55,772 nt of DNA, taken from assembly GCA_964550425.1 (NCBI GenBank), contig CAZJZB010000005.1, positions 1 through 55,772 on the forward strand. Reading direction: 5' to 3'. Shown here piece by piece: positions 24,992-35,944 of the stretch. Position numbers and translations under genes: made by a program. Source of the stretch: an uncultured Candidatus Saccharibacteria bacterium (lineage in GTDB: Bacteria > Patescibacteriota > Minisyncoccia > Phycocordibacterales > Phycocordibacteraceae). The notes beneath the pieces are model-generated. The model searched no databases. It had not been told where the DNA came from and saw only the letters and a list, made by a program, of their open reading frames with translations. The stretch's first letter is position 1. Each line of letters opens with the position of its first letter.

Positions 24992-27459
24992 ATTCGGACT
25001 ATACCAAACATCCGCAGCAGCGGAAGCTCATTCAATACACCCGTATATAGAAAACGCACTGTATGCGTGCCCTGCGGAATCAATACGGACATATACAAAC
25101 CATTTGCTCTCCGTATAGCAATCTCATCTCCATCCAGAAAAGCATGCCATCCTGGTACATTGGTTTGAGAGAGAACGATATGTTGCGGAGTAGCGACAGT
25201 AACGGTGAAATCATATTCACCGTTACTGTCGTCAGTAAGTTTCAGAATTCCTTTACCGGAGGTTTGCGCGCAGGAGACGCAATCGAGATACGTCACATCT
25301 CCCCATTTCAGATCCGCGTGCGATGCGAGGTCTGTAAAATCTGTATGAGGCACCGCGACTATTTTTTGCGCAATATAAAAAATCGGCAGTGCATTCGAAT
25401 TTATATAGGTATAGAGCGTCATGCCATAGGTAGTCACTGAAGAAGTAGCCAGTAGACTGAGATTTTTATTCTCTAGTGGCACACCCGAGACGATGTATTT
25501 GCCGCCCATCATTCCTAGCACAGGAAGATTCGACAACAACACCAGACGACGTTCTTCTGCGCTCTGTCCACCGTACCCCGCACCGAGCTCACCCCCAACA
25601 CGTCCCAGAGCATTTAGTGTCGCGAGTGGTTCAAACTGATCGTATCCATCTACTGATTGCAATCCACTCCACAAATTAAGATTGGGTGAAGCACTCGCAA
25701 TAAAAAGTTTTCCTAGTTCATGCTGCTCACCATAAGACAGTTTATACTGCGGCGGAATTGCCTGCAGAGACGCTTTTTCGGGCATGAAGGAATAAGCTCG
25801 ATATAGTTTTTGTTCGTCAGCTGAAATAAGAGCCGTAAGAATCGACGTTCTTTGAAGTAAGTCGGTAGAATCATATGATCGCCATCCAATGAAAGTGATA
25901 CTGAAAATAGTGACTGCTCCTAATACCGCCGCGCCACACCTGAAACGTTCAATAGTTATATTCTCCCGAATCAGCATGATGGTCAGCACCAAAGCAAGAA
26001 GCAACAAGACAAACGGAACGACGATAGCCAGATCTCTGAGGGAAAGCAGCTCGCGATATGCACTGAGACCCCGAAGTATTGCCTCTTGATAGTGCATCAA
26101 ATCTTTATGTAACCCAATGTGACCTTGCAACAGAGTGACCCATCGAAATAACCATGTTGAGAGGCGTTCAATTCCCATAGAACCAAGCATCTGCAGAACG
26201 ACAAGTGCACTTATACCAATCGTCGAAATACTTGCGACGATATAAACTCCGTACCGAAACAATCGTTGCTGAGATAGCCTATCAGCAAAATCAAGCCCGA
26301 AAGCTCCAAGGAGAGAGAGTAGAAATGCCCCCAGAAACATGAAACGAAATGGGAATCGAAATAACTCAAATATGGGCAATGTATTAAGCGCGAGATACAG
26401 TGGAGACCATTTGAAAGCTGCTATGAACGCAAATAAAAATACGATAGCGACTATGGTCACTCGTTTTTGCTGCAGTGAAAGCGTAGACCAGTGTGAGATA
26501 CGTCTAAGCGCACCAAAAGAAATACCGAGCGCGCCGAGCGCAAGCAAGAACCAAATCGCACCGACAAAAAGTGGCTTACGTCCTGCAGTCACATACGGTA
26601 CATAAAAATAAGGCGGCACGACCGCGAGCACAAGATCTGCAGGTTCGATGACCTTGAGTGTCGTACTGTCGTATGCCGCTGATGTTCCGCGTGAGGTAAG
26701 CGGCAAAAAGGTACTCGCAGGAAGAATTTGCGGCAGACCGATACTTCCGCCCATGATTACCAGAAGCGCAAAAGCGCCGGCGGTCCGTAGCACATACTGA
26801 TAGGTCCTCTGTCCTTCTATAAAAAGAACATGGCCGAATGCAAATAGTCCTGCAAGGACTACTGCGTAAAATACCAATTGTGTGTAGCCACTAAGCACCG
26901 AGAGACCAAGCCCTGCCCCGCCGAGCGCTATGTAGCGCCAATTGATTCGCCCATCGACGTATGCTCGGACGATGCAGAAAATAAGAAGTGGCAGCAAGAA
27001 AAGCGAATTAGCGATGAGTGGGTTTGAAAGATATCGCCAGTCAAATGCCAGTAGGTAGCTCGGTCCTACGAGAGCGGCGGCGATACGTGAAAGACCGAGT
27101 GCGCGAGTTGCCGCATAGGAAGCGATGAAAACGAACCCTATATCGAGAGCGAGACGCAAATGCATACCAGGCACGACTGAAAAGAGCCTGAAAATAAAAA
27201 GATTGAAGGGATCAAAAAAACCTCCTACCTGACTGAGATATACTGGAAAGCCGGAAAAAATACCTGGGAGCCATAAAAACGATTGCCCGGTATGAAGCGC
27301 TTGACTGTAAAAATCAAACACTGGATAGTAGTAAAGAAAAAGATCATAATCGCTTTGTACCATAGTAAAACCGAAGAATGTCGGTAGAAAAACTACCAGT
27401 AGGACAGCCGCAAAAAAAATGCCGATATACATTGTGGGGCGGAAAAATTGTTTCTTCAT
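24988..27459 (-). CDS. YfhO-like GT-C membrane glycosyltransferase
   Basis: D..YYYP, LWLP...SGFP, FRFPFRF, PGWHAFLDG..ANG. Confidence 0.85.
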   Translation of the reverse strand: MKKQFFRPTMYIGIFFAAVLLVVFLPTFFGFTMVQSDYDLFLYYYPVFDFYSQALHTGQSFLWLPGIFSGFPVYLSQVGGFFDPFNLFIFRLFSVVPGMHLRLALDIGFVFIASYAATRALGLSRIAAALVGPSYLLAFDWRYLSNPLIANSLFLLPLLIFCIVRAYVDGRINWRYIALGGAGLGLSVLSGYTQLVFYAVVLAGLFAFGHVLFIEGQRTYQYVLRTAGAFALLVIMGGSIGLPQILPASTFLPLTSRGTSAAYDSTTLKVIEPADLVLAVVPPYFYVPYVTAGRKPLFVGAIWFLLALGALGISFGALRRISHWSTLSLQQKRVTIVAIVFLFAFIAAFKWSPLYLALNTLPIFELFRFPFRFMFLGAFLLSLLGAFGLDFADRLSQQRLFRYGVYIVASISTIGISALVVLQMLGSMGIERLSTWLFRWVTLLQGHIGLHKDLMHYQEAILRGLSAYRELLSLRDLAIVVPFVLLLLALVLTIMLIRENITIERFRCGAAVLGAVTIFSITFIGWRSYDSTDLLQRTSILTALISADEQKLYRAYSFMPEKASLQAIPPQYKLSYGEQHELGKLFIASASPNLNLWSGLQSVDGYDQFEPLATLNALGRVGGELGAGYGGQSAEERRLVLLSNLPVLGMMGGKYIVSGVPLENKNLSLLATSSVTTYGMTLYTYINSNALPIFYIAQKIVAVPHTDFTDLASHADLKWGDVTYLDCVSCAQTSGKGILKLTDDSNGEYDFTVTVATPQHIVLSQTNVPGWHAFLDGDEIAIRRANGLYMSVLIPQGTHTVRFLYTGVLNELPLLRMFGIVRI

Positions 27460-28805
27460 GAATTTTTATATCGCTCCGCGAGCTTGAGGCACGCAAACAC
27501 GGCCGCAACCAAAAGTATCCCCTCGACCGGCAAACGATACCGGGCGTTTGATACGGGACCGGTAAGCAGCGCAAAATAGAGCATTGGTGCAACGAGAAGA
27601 AGCGCGAGCTTGTACAGACGCTTCCGAAGGACGATGACGACAGTGTAACCATACAAAAAAGTTACGACTATCCAAAAACCGCTCCCGAAGATAAGCAACG
27701 TGGTAGCTAACCCTCCCGTGCGCAGGTACTGAACCACTAATCCTATATCGCCATGCAAGAGCGCTGTTGAAATATTCGGCATAGTACCGACATCGACGTT
27801 AAACAGCCGCACAGTATCGCGCAACCCGTCAGTCACAAAAAAAGGAAGAGTTTTTGCAACATGAAAGATACCGTAAGTAATCTCATGTCCACGAATGACA
27901 TCGAAGAACGTGTTAGTAAAAACACTACTGCGCACAAGGGAGAGTGCATCACTGCGCGGCAACGCACTTTGCTCTTGTTGAAATCGCTCCATAACCTCCT
28001 GCCCACGCACATCAGGGCGATACTGCAAAAATGCGGGAGCATTGTAGATCATGAGATTAGCACTTCCAACGGAAGAAATATTCCACGACCCGAAATTAGC
28101 ATGATTGCGCAGCATCCATGGAAATATAACGATAAAACATGCGGTACACAGCGCCATAGAGCTGATCATGCTCTGTCTTGAAAAACGACCCAAAAAAAGC
28201 AAATAACCTGCATAAAGTATCGGCAAAAATATTGCAATCGGCCGCACCAGTATGCTCACACCAAGCGCGAGTCCGGAGAGTACAAAATAGTTCCTGCGTT
28301 CCTGCTGTATTCCCTGCTCAAGCAATACGAGCGAAAGTAAAAATAAACACACATACAACGCATCGGACAGAAGAGACACGGAAAGAAAAAGACGAATGGG
28401 TTCAATGGCAAATAGCATAGATCCCCAAAATGCGACACGCTCATGATACGGCCTGAAAAGAATGTACAAAAGTACCGGGGCGGCACTTACTATCGCCGCC
28501 TGTACGAACAAAACGCTGAGCCAGCTGCCGAAAACCGCATATAGTAAAGCGAGAAAGAACGGATACCCAGGAGCGCGGAAACTCTCAAGAGCAAACGGTG
28601 CCTGTGTTGAAAAAGAAAAAGTGTGAGTAGTTAGAAGATTCTGCGCCAGCTGCAAATATCCTTTTGCATCGCCCGTAAGTGTTACCGGATCAAGCCCCTG
28701 GTGCCAAGCGGCGAATACTACTATCACGTATGCAAGTATACTTGCGACAGACGAAACAAGCGCTACCGTAAGCAATCGTCGCTGAGCAAGTAGCCAATCA
28801 CTCAT
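27456..28805 (-). CDS. GT39/ArnT-like membrane glycosyltransferase
   Basis: DAKGY..LA, RAPGYPFFLA, RP, PWMLRN, RYRLP. Confidence 0.85.
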   Translation of the reverse strand: MSDWLLAQRRLLTVALVSSVASILAYVIVVFAAWHQGLDPVTLTGDAKGYLQLAQNLLTTHTFSFSTQAPFALESFRAPGYPFFLALLYAVFGSWLSVLFVQAAIVSAAPVLLYILFRPYHERVAFWGSMLFAIEPIRLFLSVSLLSDALYVCLFLLSLVLLEQGIQQERRNYFVLSGLALGVSILVRPIAIFLPILYAGYLLFLGRFSRQSMISSMALCTACFIVIFPWMLRNHANFGSWNISSVGSANLMIYNAPAFLQYRPDVRGQEVMERFQQEQSALPRSDALSLVRSSVFTNTFFDVIRGHEITYGIFHVAKTLPFFVTDGLRDTVRLFNVDVGTMPNISTALLHGDIGLVVQYLRTGGLATTLLIFGSGFWIVVTFLYGYTVVIVLRKRLYKLALLLVAPMLYFALLTGPVSNARYRLPVEGILLVAAVFACLKLAERYKNS

Positions 28806-29536
28806 GATCGTTTTGCAACGGCAATAATCGAAACGCCGAACGGTAGTGACGTATGTCGCAACAAAAAACGCTCGAATCCAAGCATCCAAGCAAAGAAAGA
28901 GTTGAGAAATGCAGGAGTCCGAGAAAAGTCACTTTCCTCGCTTTTTCTGCGGAATGCCAGAGAAAGCAGACGTACGATTGCAATAGGAAGAAATAGAAAA
29001 AAATTAAAATAACTTACGAATTGCGGTTCGAGGCCTGCTTGTTTTATTTTATTTCTAAGTTCGGAACGACGATAGCGGCGCTTGTGGTGCGCGAGCTCGT
29101 CATGCGGCGTCCAAAGAAATTGAAAAGCGGGAACAGTTATCAGCAAGGTCCCACCAGGAACCAGTGCGGCGCGAGCGGCTCGTAATGCCGCTACATCGTC
29201 ATCTATATGCTCAAGTACGTCGAGCAGGGTAATCACTTCATACTTGTTCTGAGGCACTGACGGCGATGGGAAAGAATCTTGTACAATCGGCAAATCCGGC
29301 AACGTGGTGCGAGTAAACGCAATCGCTTCCGATGAGAACTCAAGACCTTCGACTGCAAAGCCTGAAGCAAGAAATGCGCGGGCGTTGCGACCAGTGCCGA
29401 GCCCAACATCAAGCAATGTCCCGCGTGAGGATCCGCGAAAACGACGGAGTGTGTCGAGGATAATTGCGCGACGGCCGCGAAACCACCAGTGCTCGTCTTC
29501 AAGCTCATACATCTCTCTGTAGAGAGCGGCATCCAT
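28802..29536 (-). CDS. Class I SAM-dependent methyltransferase
   Basis: HWWFRGRR, LDVGLGTG, DVLEHIDDD, HHKRRY. Confidence 0.9.
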   Translation of the reverse strand: MDAALYREMYELEDEHWWFRGRRAIILDTLRRFRGSSRGTLLDVGLGTGRNARAFLASGFAVEGLEFSSEAIAFTRTTLPDLPIVQDSFPSPSVPQNKYEVITLLDVLEHIDDDVAALRAARAALVPGGTLLITVPAFQFLWTPHDELAHHKRRYRRSELRNKIKQAGLEPQFVSYFNFFLFLPIAIVRLLSLAFRRKSEESDFSRTPAFLNSFFAWMLGFERFLLRHTSLPFGVSIIAVAKRS

Positions 29537-29537
29537 A

Positions 29538-30275
29538 TCAGCGAGTGTATTTGCCCAGAAAAGATCGCGTGAGTATGCGCACGAGCCCAATTAGCGATCG
29601 TCCTATTTCTCGAAATGGCTTAATACGCGAGTCCGCATCATCCGTCCATGTGACGGGAATTTCGATAAAACGGTGCCCGCGTTTTGCTGCGACATATATG
29701 ATCTCCGCCTCTGCGACGATAAACAGTTCGTATTGGTGCGCAAATATATCGTGTGCGGCGGCGCGACGGAACATTTTGAACCCAAGTGCGAAATCGGTAA
29801 TACGCCACATACAAAAAAGCGTACGCGTAAGATACAGAAAGCCGTATCCAAAAAAAACACGGAGCAGCGGCTGCCACACGATAATGCGCGAACCGTGCAT
29901 CTCTCTACTGCCGAATACCGCACCAAGCTTCGGATCGGCCGCAAAAGCCGCAACGCAGCGGCCGATCGCTTCATCTGCGACAGAACCATCCGAATCGGCC
30001 TCGAGAATAAGCTCGCCCTTTGCTTGCATGATGCCGTATTTAACGGCCGGCGCTCTGCCACGATTGACGCCATCAGCGATAATCCTCAATTCGGGATGCA
30101 CTTTCGCTAAGTCACGCACCCGAGCGACCGTCCCGTCGGTGCTCCCGTCATCAACAACAACAATCTCGTACGACAGGTTGAGCGTCGGTAGATAGGCAAA
30201 TAGACGTTGCAGCGTTGGCGGCAACCGACGCTCTTCATTGTACGCTGGTATGACTATAGAAAGATGTGGGTGCAT
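29538..30275 (-). CDS. GT2 polyprenyl-phosphate glycosyltransferase
   Basis: SIVIPAYNE, VDDGSTDGT, DSD. Confidence 0.92.
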   Translation of the reverse strand: MHPHLSIVIPAYNEERRLPPTLQRLFAYLPTLNLSYEIVVVDDGSTDGTVARVRDLAKVHPELRIIADGVNRGRAPAVKYGIMQAKGELILEADSDGSVADEAIGRCVAAFAADPKLGAVFGSREMHGSRIIVWQPLLRVFFGYGFLYLTRTLFCMWRITDFALGFKMFRRAAAHDIFAHQYELFIVAEAEIIYVAAKRGHRFIEIPVTWTDDADSRIKPFREIGRSLIGLVRILTRSFLGKYTR

Positions 30276-30278
30276 ACG

Positions 30279-31703
30279 TTAACCTTTCGTTTCCTCATGA
30301 TACACACGCTCGACGTTAACGTCCCAGAGATTATGCCCGGCATCGGAAACGATATTTTCAACAGCGAGCATCGCAGTAAGCATGGCATGGTCCTGATTAT
30401 TGTAGCGATGCATGCCGTTGCGGCCTACTGGATAGACATTCGGAAGCAGCGCAAATGCATCCCTAATAAGCGGCATGGCGGTTTCGTATGCAGAATCATA
30501 TACCGGATACGTTTTACTGACTCGTACGACCGCCCCGTCGATAACATCGCTTTTCTTCGCAAGACCGATTTTCTCAAGTTCATTTGCACCGCGCGCTATG
30601 AGCTCCTTGTCGGAGGTACGCCATAGCGGATCAGTGTCAAAACAAAAATATTCCAACCCTAGACACGTCGTTCCATTATCAGGCACCATATATGGCGACC
30701 AGTTATTGAAGTTCTGAATACGGCCCACTAATACTTCCGGCTCATGAATATATATCCAATTGTCGGGGAATAGATCCTTTTTCTTCAACACGAGAGCGAC
30801 GGTAATAAAATCACGGAACGATAGTGCGCGAGACGCTTCCAGAGCCTGAGTCGGCAGCGCCGGCGAAAAAAGCTCAAAAAGGGTTTTAATCGGGATACTT
30901 GAGACGACCGAGTCCACAGCAATCATCTGCTCGCCTTCTGGTGTTTTTATAACCGCTTCATGCACAATTCCTTCTTTCTGCCGCAAAACAGTTACTTCCG
31001 AATTGAAATGAATCTCGCACAAACCGGACGCGAGCACCAGATCGAGAGTTTTTTCCCACATCTGACCAGGACCCAGTTTCGGATAATAAAAATTCTCGAT
31101 CAAACTTTTGACTTTATTGTCGCGATTACCGAACAGCGCCGTCGTTATGAGACTCGTCACCGAAAGACCCTTGATACGCTGAGCTGCCCACGAGGCCTTG
31201 ATTTCCGTACAAGGCATTCCCCATACTTTCTCTGTGTATGACCTGAAGAACGTATTGTAGAGACGATAGCCGAAATTATTGACGATATAATTTTCAAACG
31301 ATCCATCATCAGGACGCTTGAATACTTTTGCCTTTGCATAGCTGAGTCCTGCAAGAAAACTTTCCCAGATTCCCAACTTGAACAATACGTCCAACGGCTT
31401 TATCGGGTAGAGGAAAAATTTATGCTGATAATAAATATGTGACAGGCGCGTACGCTTAATAAAATCGTCCCCCAGCACCTCGTGCCACATCCGATTGACT
31501 CGCTCCACTTTAGTAAAGAAGCGGTGTCCACCGATATCAAAGCGATAATCCTTGTAGACCACCGTGCGCGAAATACCCCCGACAACATCGCTCTTTTCCA
31601 CAATAATAGATCGCCGACCTATTTTCGATAATTCATAGGCAGCCGTAAGCCCAGCGGGACCGGCACCTATGATTAATACTGGTTTTTGAGTAGAAGATTT
31701 CAT
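30279..31703 (-). CDS. FAD-dependent oxidoreductase (glycan-cluster type, UDP-galactopyranose mutase/PPO-like)
   Basis: Own start MKSSTQKPVLIIGAGPAG; FDIGGHRFF; GRNGMHRYNNQDH. Confidence 0.88.
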   Translation of the reverse strand: MKSSTQKPVLIIGAGPAGLTAAYELSKIGRRSIIVEKSDVVGGISRTVVYKDYRFDIGGHRFFTKVERVNRMWHEVLGDDFIKRTRLSHIYYQHKFFLYPIKPLDVLFKLGIWESFLAGLSYAKAKVFKRPDDGSFENYIVNNFGYRLYNTFFRSYTEKVWGMPCTEIKASWAAQRIKGLSVTSLITTALFGNRDNKVKSLIENFYYPKLGPGQMWEKTLDLVLASGLCEIHFNSEVTVLRQKEGIVHEAVIKTPEGEQMIAVDSVVSSIPIKTLFELFSPALPTQALEASRALSFRDFITVALVLKKKDLFPDNWIYIHEPEVLVGRIQNFNNWSPYMVPDNGTTCLGLEYFCFDTDPLWRTSDKELIARGANELEKIGLAKKSDVIDGAVVRVSKTYPVYDSAYETAMPLIRDAFALLPNVYPVGRNGMHRYNNQDHAMLTAMLAVENIVSDAGHNLWDVNVERVYHEETKG

Positions 31704-31864
31704 TGTGGTTTTCGAGCAATAATATATAAATGAGCACTTACTGCCTCGGCGCCTGGAAGCGAGGCGAAAAGAAGATCGAATATCTTCAGCGGGCCGAGGA
31801 TCAGCATAAAGACATGCGCCAAGAAAGGAGCGGCCTTCCGCGATCCGAAAGAGAAGATAACCCC
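31700..31864 (-). pseudogene. Orphan 3' end of a probable methyltransferase gene
   Basis: Alternate frame GVIFSFGSRKAAPFLAHVFMLILGPLKIFDLLFASLPGAEAVSAHLYIIARKPQ*; its TGA overlaps the next ATG (ATGA). Confidence 0.55.
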
Positions 31865-31865
31865 C

Positions 31866-33557
31866 AACTTCTTTTGAGTTCACTTTATCGAAGAGTCCGT
31901 CGCCAATACCATACCCGAGAATTCGATAGGTGCTTGGATCCGCTTCTCTGTTTTGCAGAAGAGCCACGAGCTCAGGTTTCGTGTCGTACAGAGATTGCGG
32001 CACGAGCATATCCCATTGCAGCGCATAGGTACCGACCACGGATATGAGCGCCAAGACGCCGATAGTATACGACGCAAAGCGGCGTTCGCTCTCCCATTTT
32101 GAGTAACAAATGAAAAACACGAATGTAAGAATCCACAGGGAAACCCCAAACAAAAATCGACCGGAAGTAAGTGAGAATAGATTAGATACTTGTTGAAGCG
32201 ACTGCGCAAATATCGTCGTGTAATGCTCAGGAACATGCAGTAATGTGCGACCATCGGTATACCATTTGATTAATCGTTCAATCGATTCGGGAGAGGAAGC
32301 TATAGTTCGAACTGCCGCGCCGAACAGGAGACTGCTGAATAGAAGCGTACCGGTAATGAGGCCAGTACCCCACAGTATCAGGCGCCAAGCTCGAGAAGAT
32401 AAGCGCTCGGGTGCCGCCAAAAAACCCTCGACACCGACCGCGGCAAGATACGCAAGCGGGAATGATGCTCCAACCATCCAGCGAAAATTACCGCCCATAT
32501 GTGAAAATGGCGGTATATGCTCGTTGAGCCAACTGAATAAAGGAAGATGAAACGAGATGCCGAGCATGAATGCATACAATCCTGCGAAAAATATTGACGT
32601 GCGCGTTCGATAGTAGACAAGACCCAAAAGCACAAAAACAAGCCCGAGTGCACCGACATAAAATCCCGCAGAACCTCCCCCACCGAAAAACGGTATGTCT
32701 AGATAGGGAGGTAGAAACAAGGCAATGAGCTGGGTCACGAATGGGTGGTAGGCGTTTTGGATGGCGTACGTATCGGTGCGAATAGTGAGATCAATCAGAT
32801 ACGCTGAGGGGAAAAACTGCCAAATACCGATGCAAAAGCCAACTACGGTCATCCCCGCATACCCAAGACTTGCGGAATAGGTGCGGTACCACGCGAGACC
32901 TTTTTGATTTTGATACCGGCTCCAATCAAGAAAAAGCGCATAGGCGCCCGCGATGCAAAAATCATAAAAAACTATCTGCATGAAGCCCGCCAAAAAACCA
33001 ACGCCGAGCGCCAAACCGCCAAAAACCACTGCGAGTACATACGTCCGATAATTCCGCGCATATGCCGCGTACCACAGCGCCGTCAAGAGTGCCGGCAAAA
33101 TCATAAATGAATGAGCCGCTATGGTTCCGATCTGCAACCATGCAAACGTAGTTGCGGAAAGATAGCTGAGCGCTAATACCAAAGACGATGTTTTCCCCCA
33201 CCCCTGCACCCTTCCGAACCAATACGAAAACAAGAGCCCGAGCGTCGTAGCGACTACGATACTCAAGTGATGCGCGGTAAAAAATCCAAATACTGAAAAA
33301 AGGAAAAGATTCAGAGGGTACCACACACCGACAAACTGATCGAGACTGGCTGAAACGCCGCCATAGTACCCGCCCTGCCACAACAGCGGCACTCCATTGC
33401 GAAGAGACTCGTGCACCCAGTATGAAATCGCGTAATAGAATCCCATCTGCTCTTCCCCGCTAAACGCTTTTCCGAAAAACAGCAGCGGCGCAAACACAAA
33501 AAGCACGACCAAGAAAAGGAGAGCGGGTGGTGCAAAACGACGAAGTCCCATACGCAC
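31866..33557 (-). pseudogene. YfhO-like membrane protein, C-terminally truncated, reading through into the next gene
   Basis: Paralogous to 24988-27459 up to YRILGY, then loses similarity; lacks the PGW..DG C-terminal part. Confidence 0.65.
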
Positions 33558-33709
33558 TATCGACTATACCACGTTGGCAAAACCGCCCTTCGGTACCAAA
33601 CATTACCGTTTTGTATGAGAAACCATACAGTATACTTACTGGTTGTAGGATTGGTAAGAGGAAGGTATGATATCCATATTCGTTTTCAGAAATCTCATAA
33701 GATAACGCT

Positions 33710-34168
33710 ATGCCGAAGAAAAAACCCGCTGCCAAAATAAAAGTCGTCTACACGTACGGCGCTTTTGACCTGTTCCATAGCGGACATGTTGAGTTATTGC
33801 GAGATGCCAAAAAACTCGGGGACTATCTCGTCGTCGGTCTATTCACTGACAAAGTGGCGGCCGGATTCAAACGCGAGCCAATTATATCCTTTTCCAATCG
33901 GAAGAACGTCTTAGAGCATTGCCTGTTCGTGGACAAAGTCGTAACACAAGATGAACTTCAACCTGACAAAAATATCTTGAAGCTGAAGCCGCATATTCTG
34001 GCTAAAGGGCCTGGGGCCGGCTGGGACCCGAAAATTAAAGAAGTCCCTGGCGAGGACGCCATCCATACTGTCGGAGGGAAAGTTGTACGTCTTTCGTACC
34101 ATAAAGGTATCTCGACCAGCGAAATCATTAAAAAAATAACAACGAATCATGCTCGTCATAGTCTCTAA
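33710..34168 (+). CDS. Cytidylyltransferase (TagD/RfaE-like)
   Basis: YTYGAFDLFHSGH, GISTSEII. Confidence 0.9.
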   Translation: MPKKKPAAKIKVVYTYGAFDLFHSGHVELLRDAKKLGDYLVVGLFTDKVAAGFKREPIISFSNRKNVLEHCLFVDKVVTQDELQPDKNILKLKPHILAKGPGAGWDPKIKEVPGEDAIHTVGGKVVRLSYHKGISTSEIIKKITTNHARHSL

Positions 34169-34688
34169 CCACTTGCTCGGCGTGATGAAGGTCGAATTTC
34201 CTGAAGAGTATATTGTACTCCGAATCAACGTCGCGTGGATGCGCAGCAAAAAAGACTTGATCGACCTACTCAAGGAAACGACTCATGATGTATTTCTCGA
34301 TTTCCCCCAAGGACGTAGTAAACCGCCGCGCCCTACACTCAATCTGGATGAGATAATCGAGATCATCCCGAAATTCAAGAACATAAAATATTTTGCCATT
34401 TCAAACGTCGAAGACCCTATAGCGGTAGCGACACTGAAAGCCCGACTACCTCATACGATAGAGCTGATTCCGAAGATTGAGACGAAAATAGGTATCGAAG
34501 GACTTGAAGCGATCATCAAAAGCATCGACGCTAAGCATATTATGCTTGATAAAGAGGATATCTATACGAACGTGCACCATGATCACAAACTGTTTGAGGA
34601 GCTTGTCGAACAAGCGCGCACGACAAGTAAAGAAAACCATGTCCAGGTTTTAGAGCTGCAAGGCGTCGTCTTTGCGCCTCACGAGTAG
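34149..34688 (+). CDS. Small pyruvate-kinase/HpcH-aldolase-like barrel protein
   Basis: RINVAW, FLDFPQGRSK, AISNVE, PKIET..G...LEAII, IMLDKED. Confidence 0.6.
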   Translation: MLVIVSNHLLGVMKVEFPEEYIVLRINVAWMRSKKDLIDLLKETTHDVFLDFPQGRSKPPRPTLNLDEIIEIIPKFKNIKYFAISNVEDPIAVATLKARLPHTIELIPKIETKIGIEGLEAIIKSIDAKHIMLDKEDIYTNVHHDHKLFEELVEQARTTSKENHVQVLELQGVVFAPHE

Positions 34689-34697
34689 CGAGTCCGG

Positions 34698-35927
34698 CTA
34701 GCGCTCGAGTATGTCTGAGATTGCACGGAATACCTGCTCGGACGACTTCTCCGGATGAGGGCGTAGGACCATCTCTCGCATCTTCGCCCTTGTCTCCGCA
34801 TACGTGTCGCGATTCGCCCCGATATCTTCCAAGCATCGATAGAGTTCTTCTACGGTTTTTGCCTTGGGGCCTGGAGTTATCTTTTCGTAGTCAAAATACA
34901 GCTCTCGGAGCTTGCCGACATACGCATCCAAGTCGAAAGCAAAAAAGATGATAGGATGATCGGTCAATAAGAATTCAAAAAATACCGAGGAGTAGTCGGT
35001 AATGAGGATGTCCGTATTGCGCAACATGAGCATGGCACTGAAATCGGCCGGAAGGAATTCTATGTGTGCATAACGATCGGCTCCATCAGGCACTCCTTCA
35101 TGATGCATCTTTATATACATGTGCATCGAATTTTTCCCTAGAAAATCGTTCAAATCGTCAAACGCGAGGTGACTGCCTGCGAGCGGATCATTGCTGCCAT
35201 CCCTGAATGTCGGCAGATATGTGATCACTTTCTTTGTCTTGCGCAGCTCAGCGATTTTTTCAAGAACCGCATCCTCACTCTTAAACGTAAAGACTGTTGG
35301 AGCAGTAAATGCTTCATTGCGAGGCTGATTCTCTACGATGACGTGCGACGGGTCCACGCGGAATGCGGAGCTGAAAAAAGCATGCCACGCTGGCGATTGT
35401 GAGAGCACATAGTCGCCCAACGCCACCTTTTCTGGCTGAAAGAACATATGATAAAGCCTTCGCACACCGGTGGCGGTATACACCCAATTATTCTTCTTGG
35501 TCTCTACGGAATCATAGACGATTTTCTTTATCGGCAGACCGTGCCAGAGGTTTATTTTCAGTATGCCGCCGGTCAACCAAAAAAAGGCAGAGACCGTCGA
35601 TTCGAAGACGATGACTTTCGCTCGGAGCGTATACCACAACCCTCCTACCGAGTAGGCGTGATAGGCTCGCAAGCCCCGACTTCTCAACTCAGTAACGATC
35701 GCAGGATCATGCGTAATCCATATCCCTACCATCGAAGGCTGATGCTCGTGCACATAGAGATACAGGTACCGCGCATTATCAGCGCAACGTTTCCCTTCCC
35801 ATTCGTCGAACAGCCAGATATTTCTGCTCCGCGGAAAAAGAAAAGAGAGTGCGTACACAATATAAAACAGTGCGTACAATAGAGCTTGCGGAATATCCCG
35901 TACAATTTTTTTAGTTTTAGAATACAT
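34698..35927 (-). CDS. CDP-glycerol glycerophosphotransferase (TagB/TagF) family
   Basis: LWHGLPIKK, PRN, YLPTFRD, LITDYSSVFFEF. Confidence 0.92.
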   Translation of the reverse strand: MYSKTKKIVRDIPQALLYALFYIVYALSFLFPRSRNIWLFDEWEGKRCADNARYLYLYVHEHQPSMVGIWITHDPAIVTELRSRGLRAYHAYSVGGLWYTLRAKVIVFESTVSAFFWLTGGILKINLWHGLPIKKIVYDSVETKKNNWVYTATGVRRLYHMFFQPEKVALGDYVLSQSPAWHAFFSSAFRVDPSHVIVENQPRNEAFTAPTVFTFKSEDAVLEKIAELRKTKKVITYLPTFRDGSNDPLAGSHLAFDDLNDFLGKNSMHMYIKMHHEGVPDGADRYAHIEFLPADFSAMLMLRNTDILITDYSSVFFEFLLTDHPIIFFAFDLDAYVGKLRELYFDYEKITPGPKAKTVEELYRCLEDIGANRDTYAETRAKMREMVLRPHPEKSSEQVFRAISDILER

Positions 35928-35944
35928 ACGGATGCGAGATTGCT

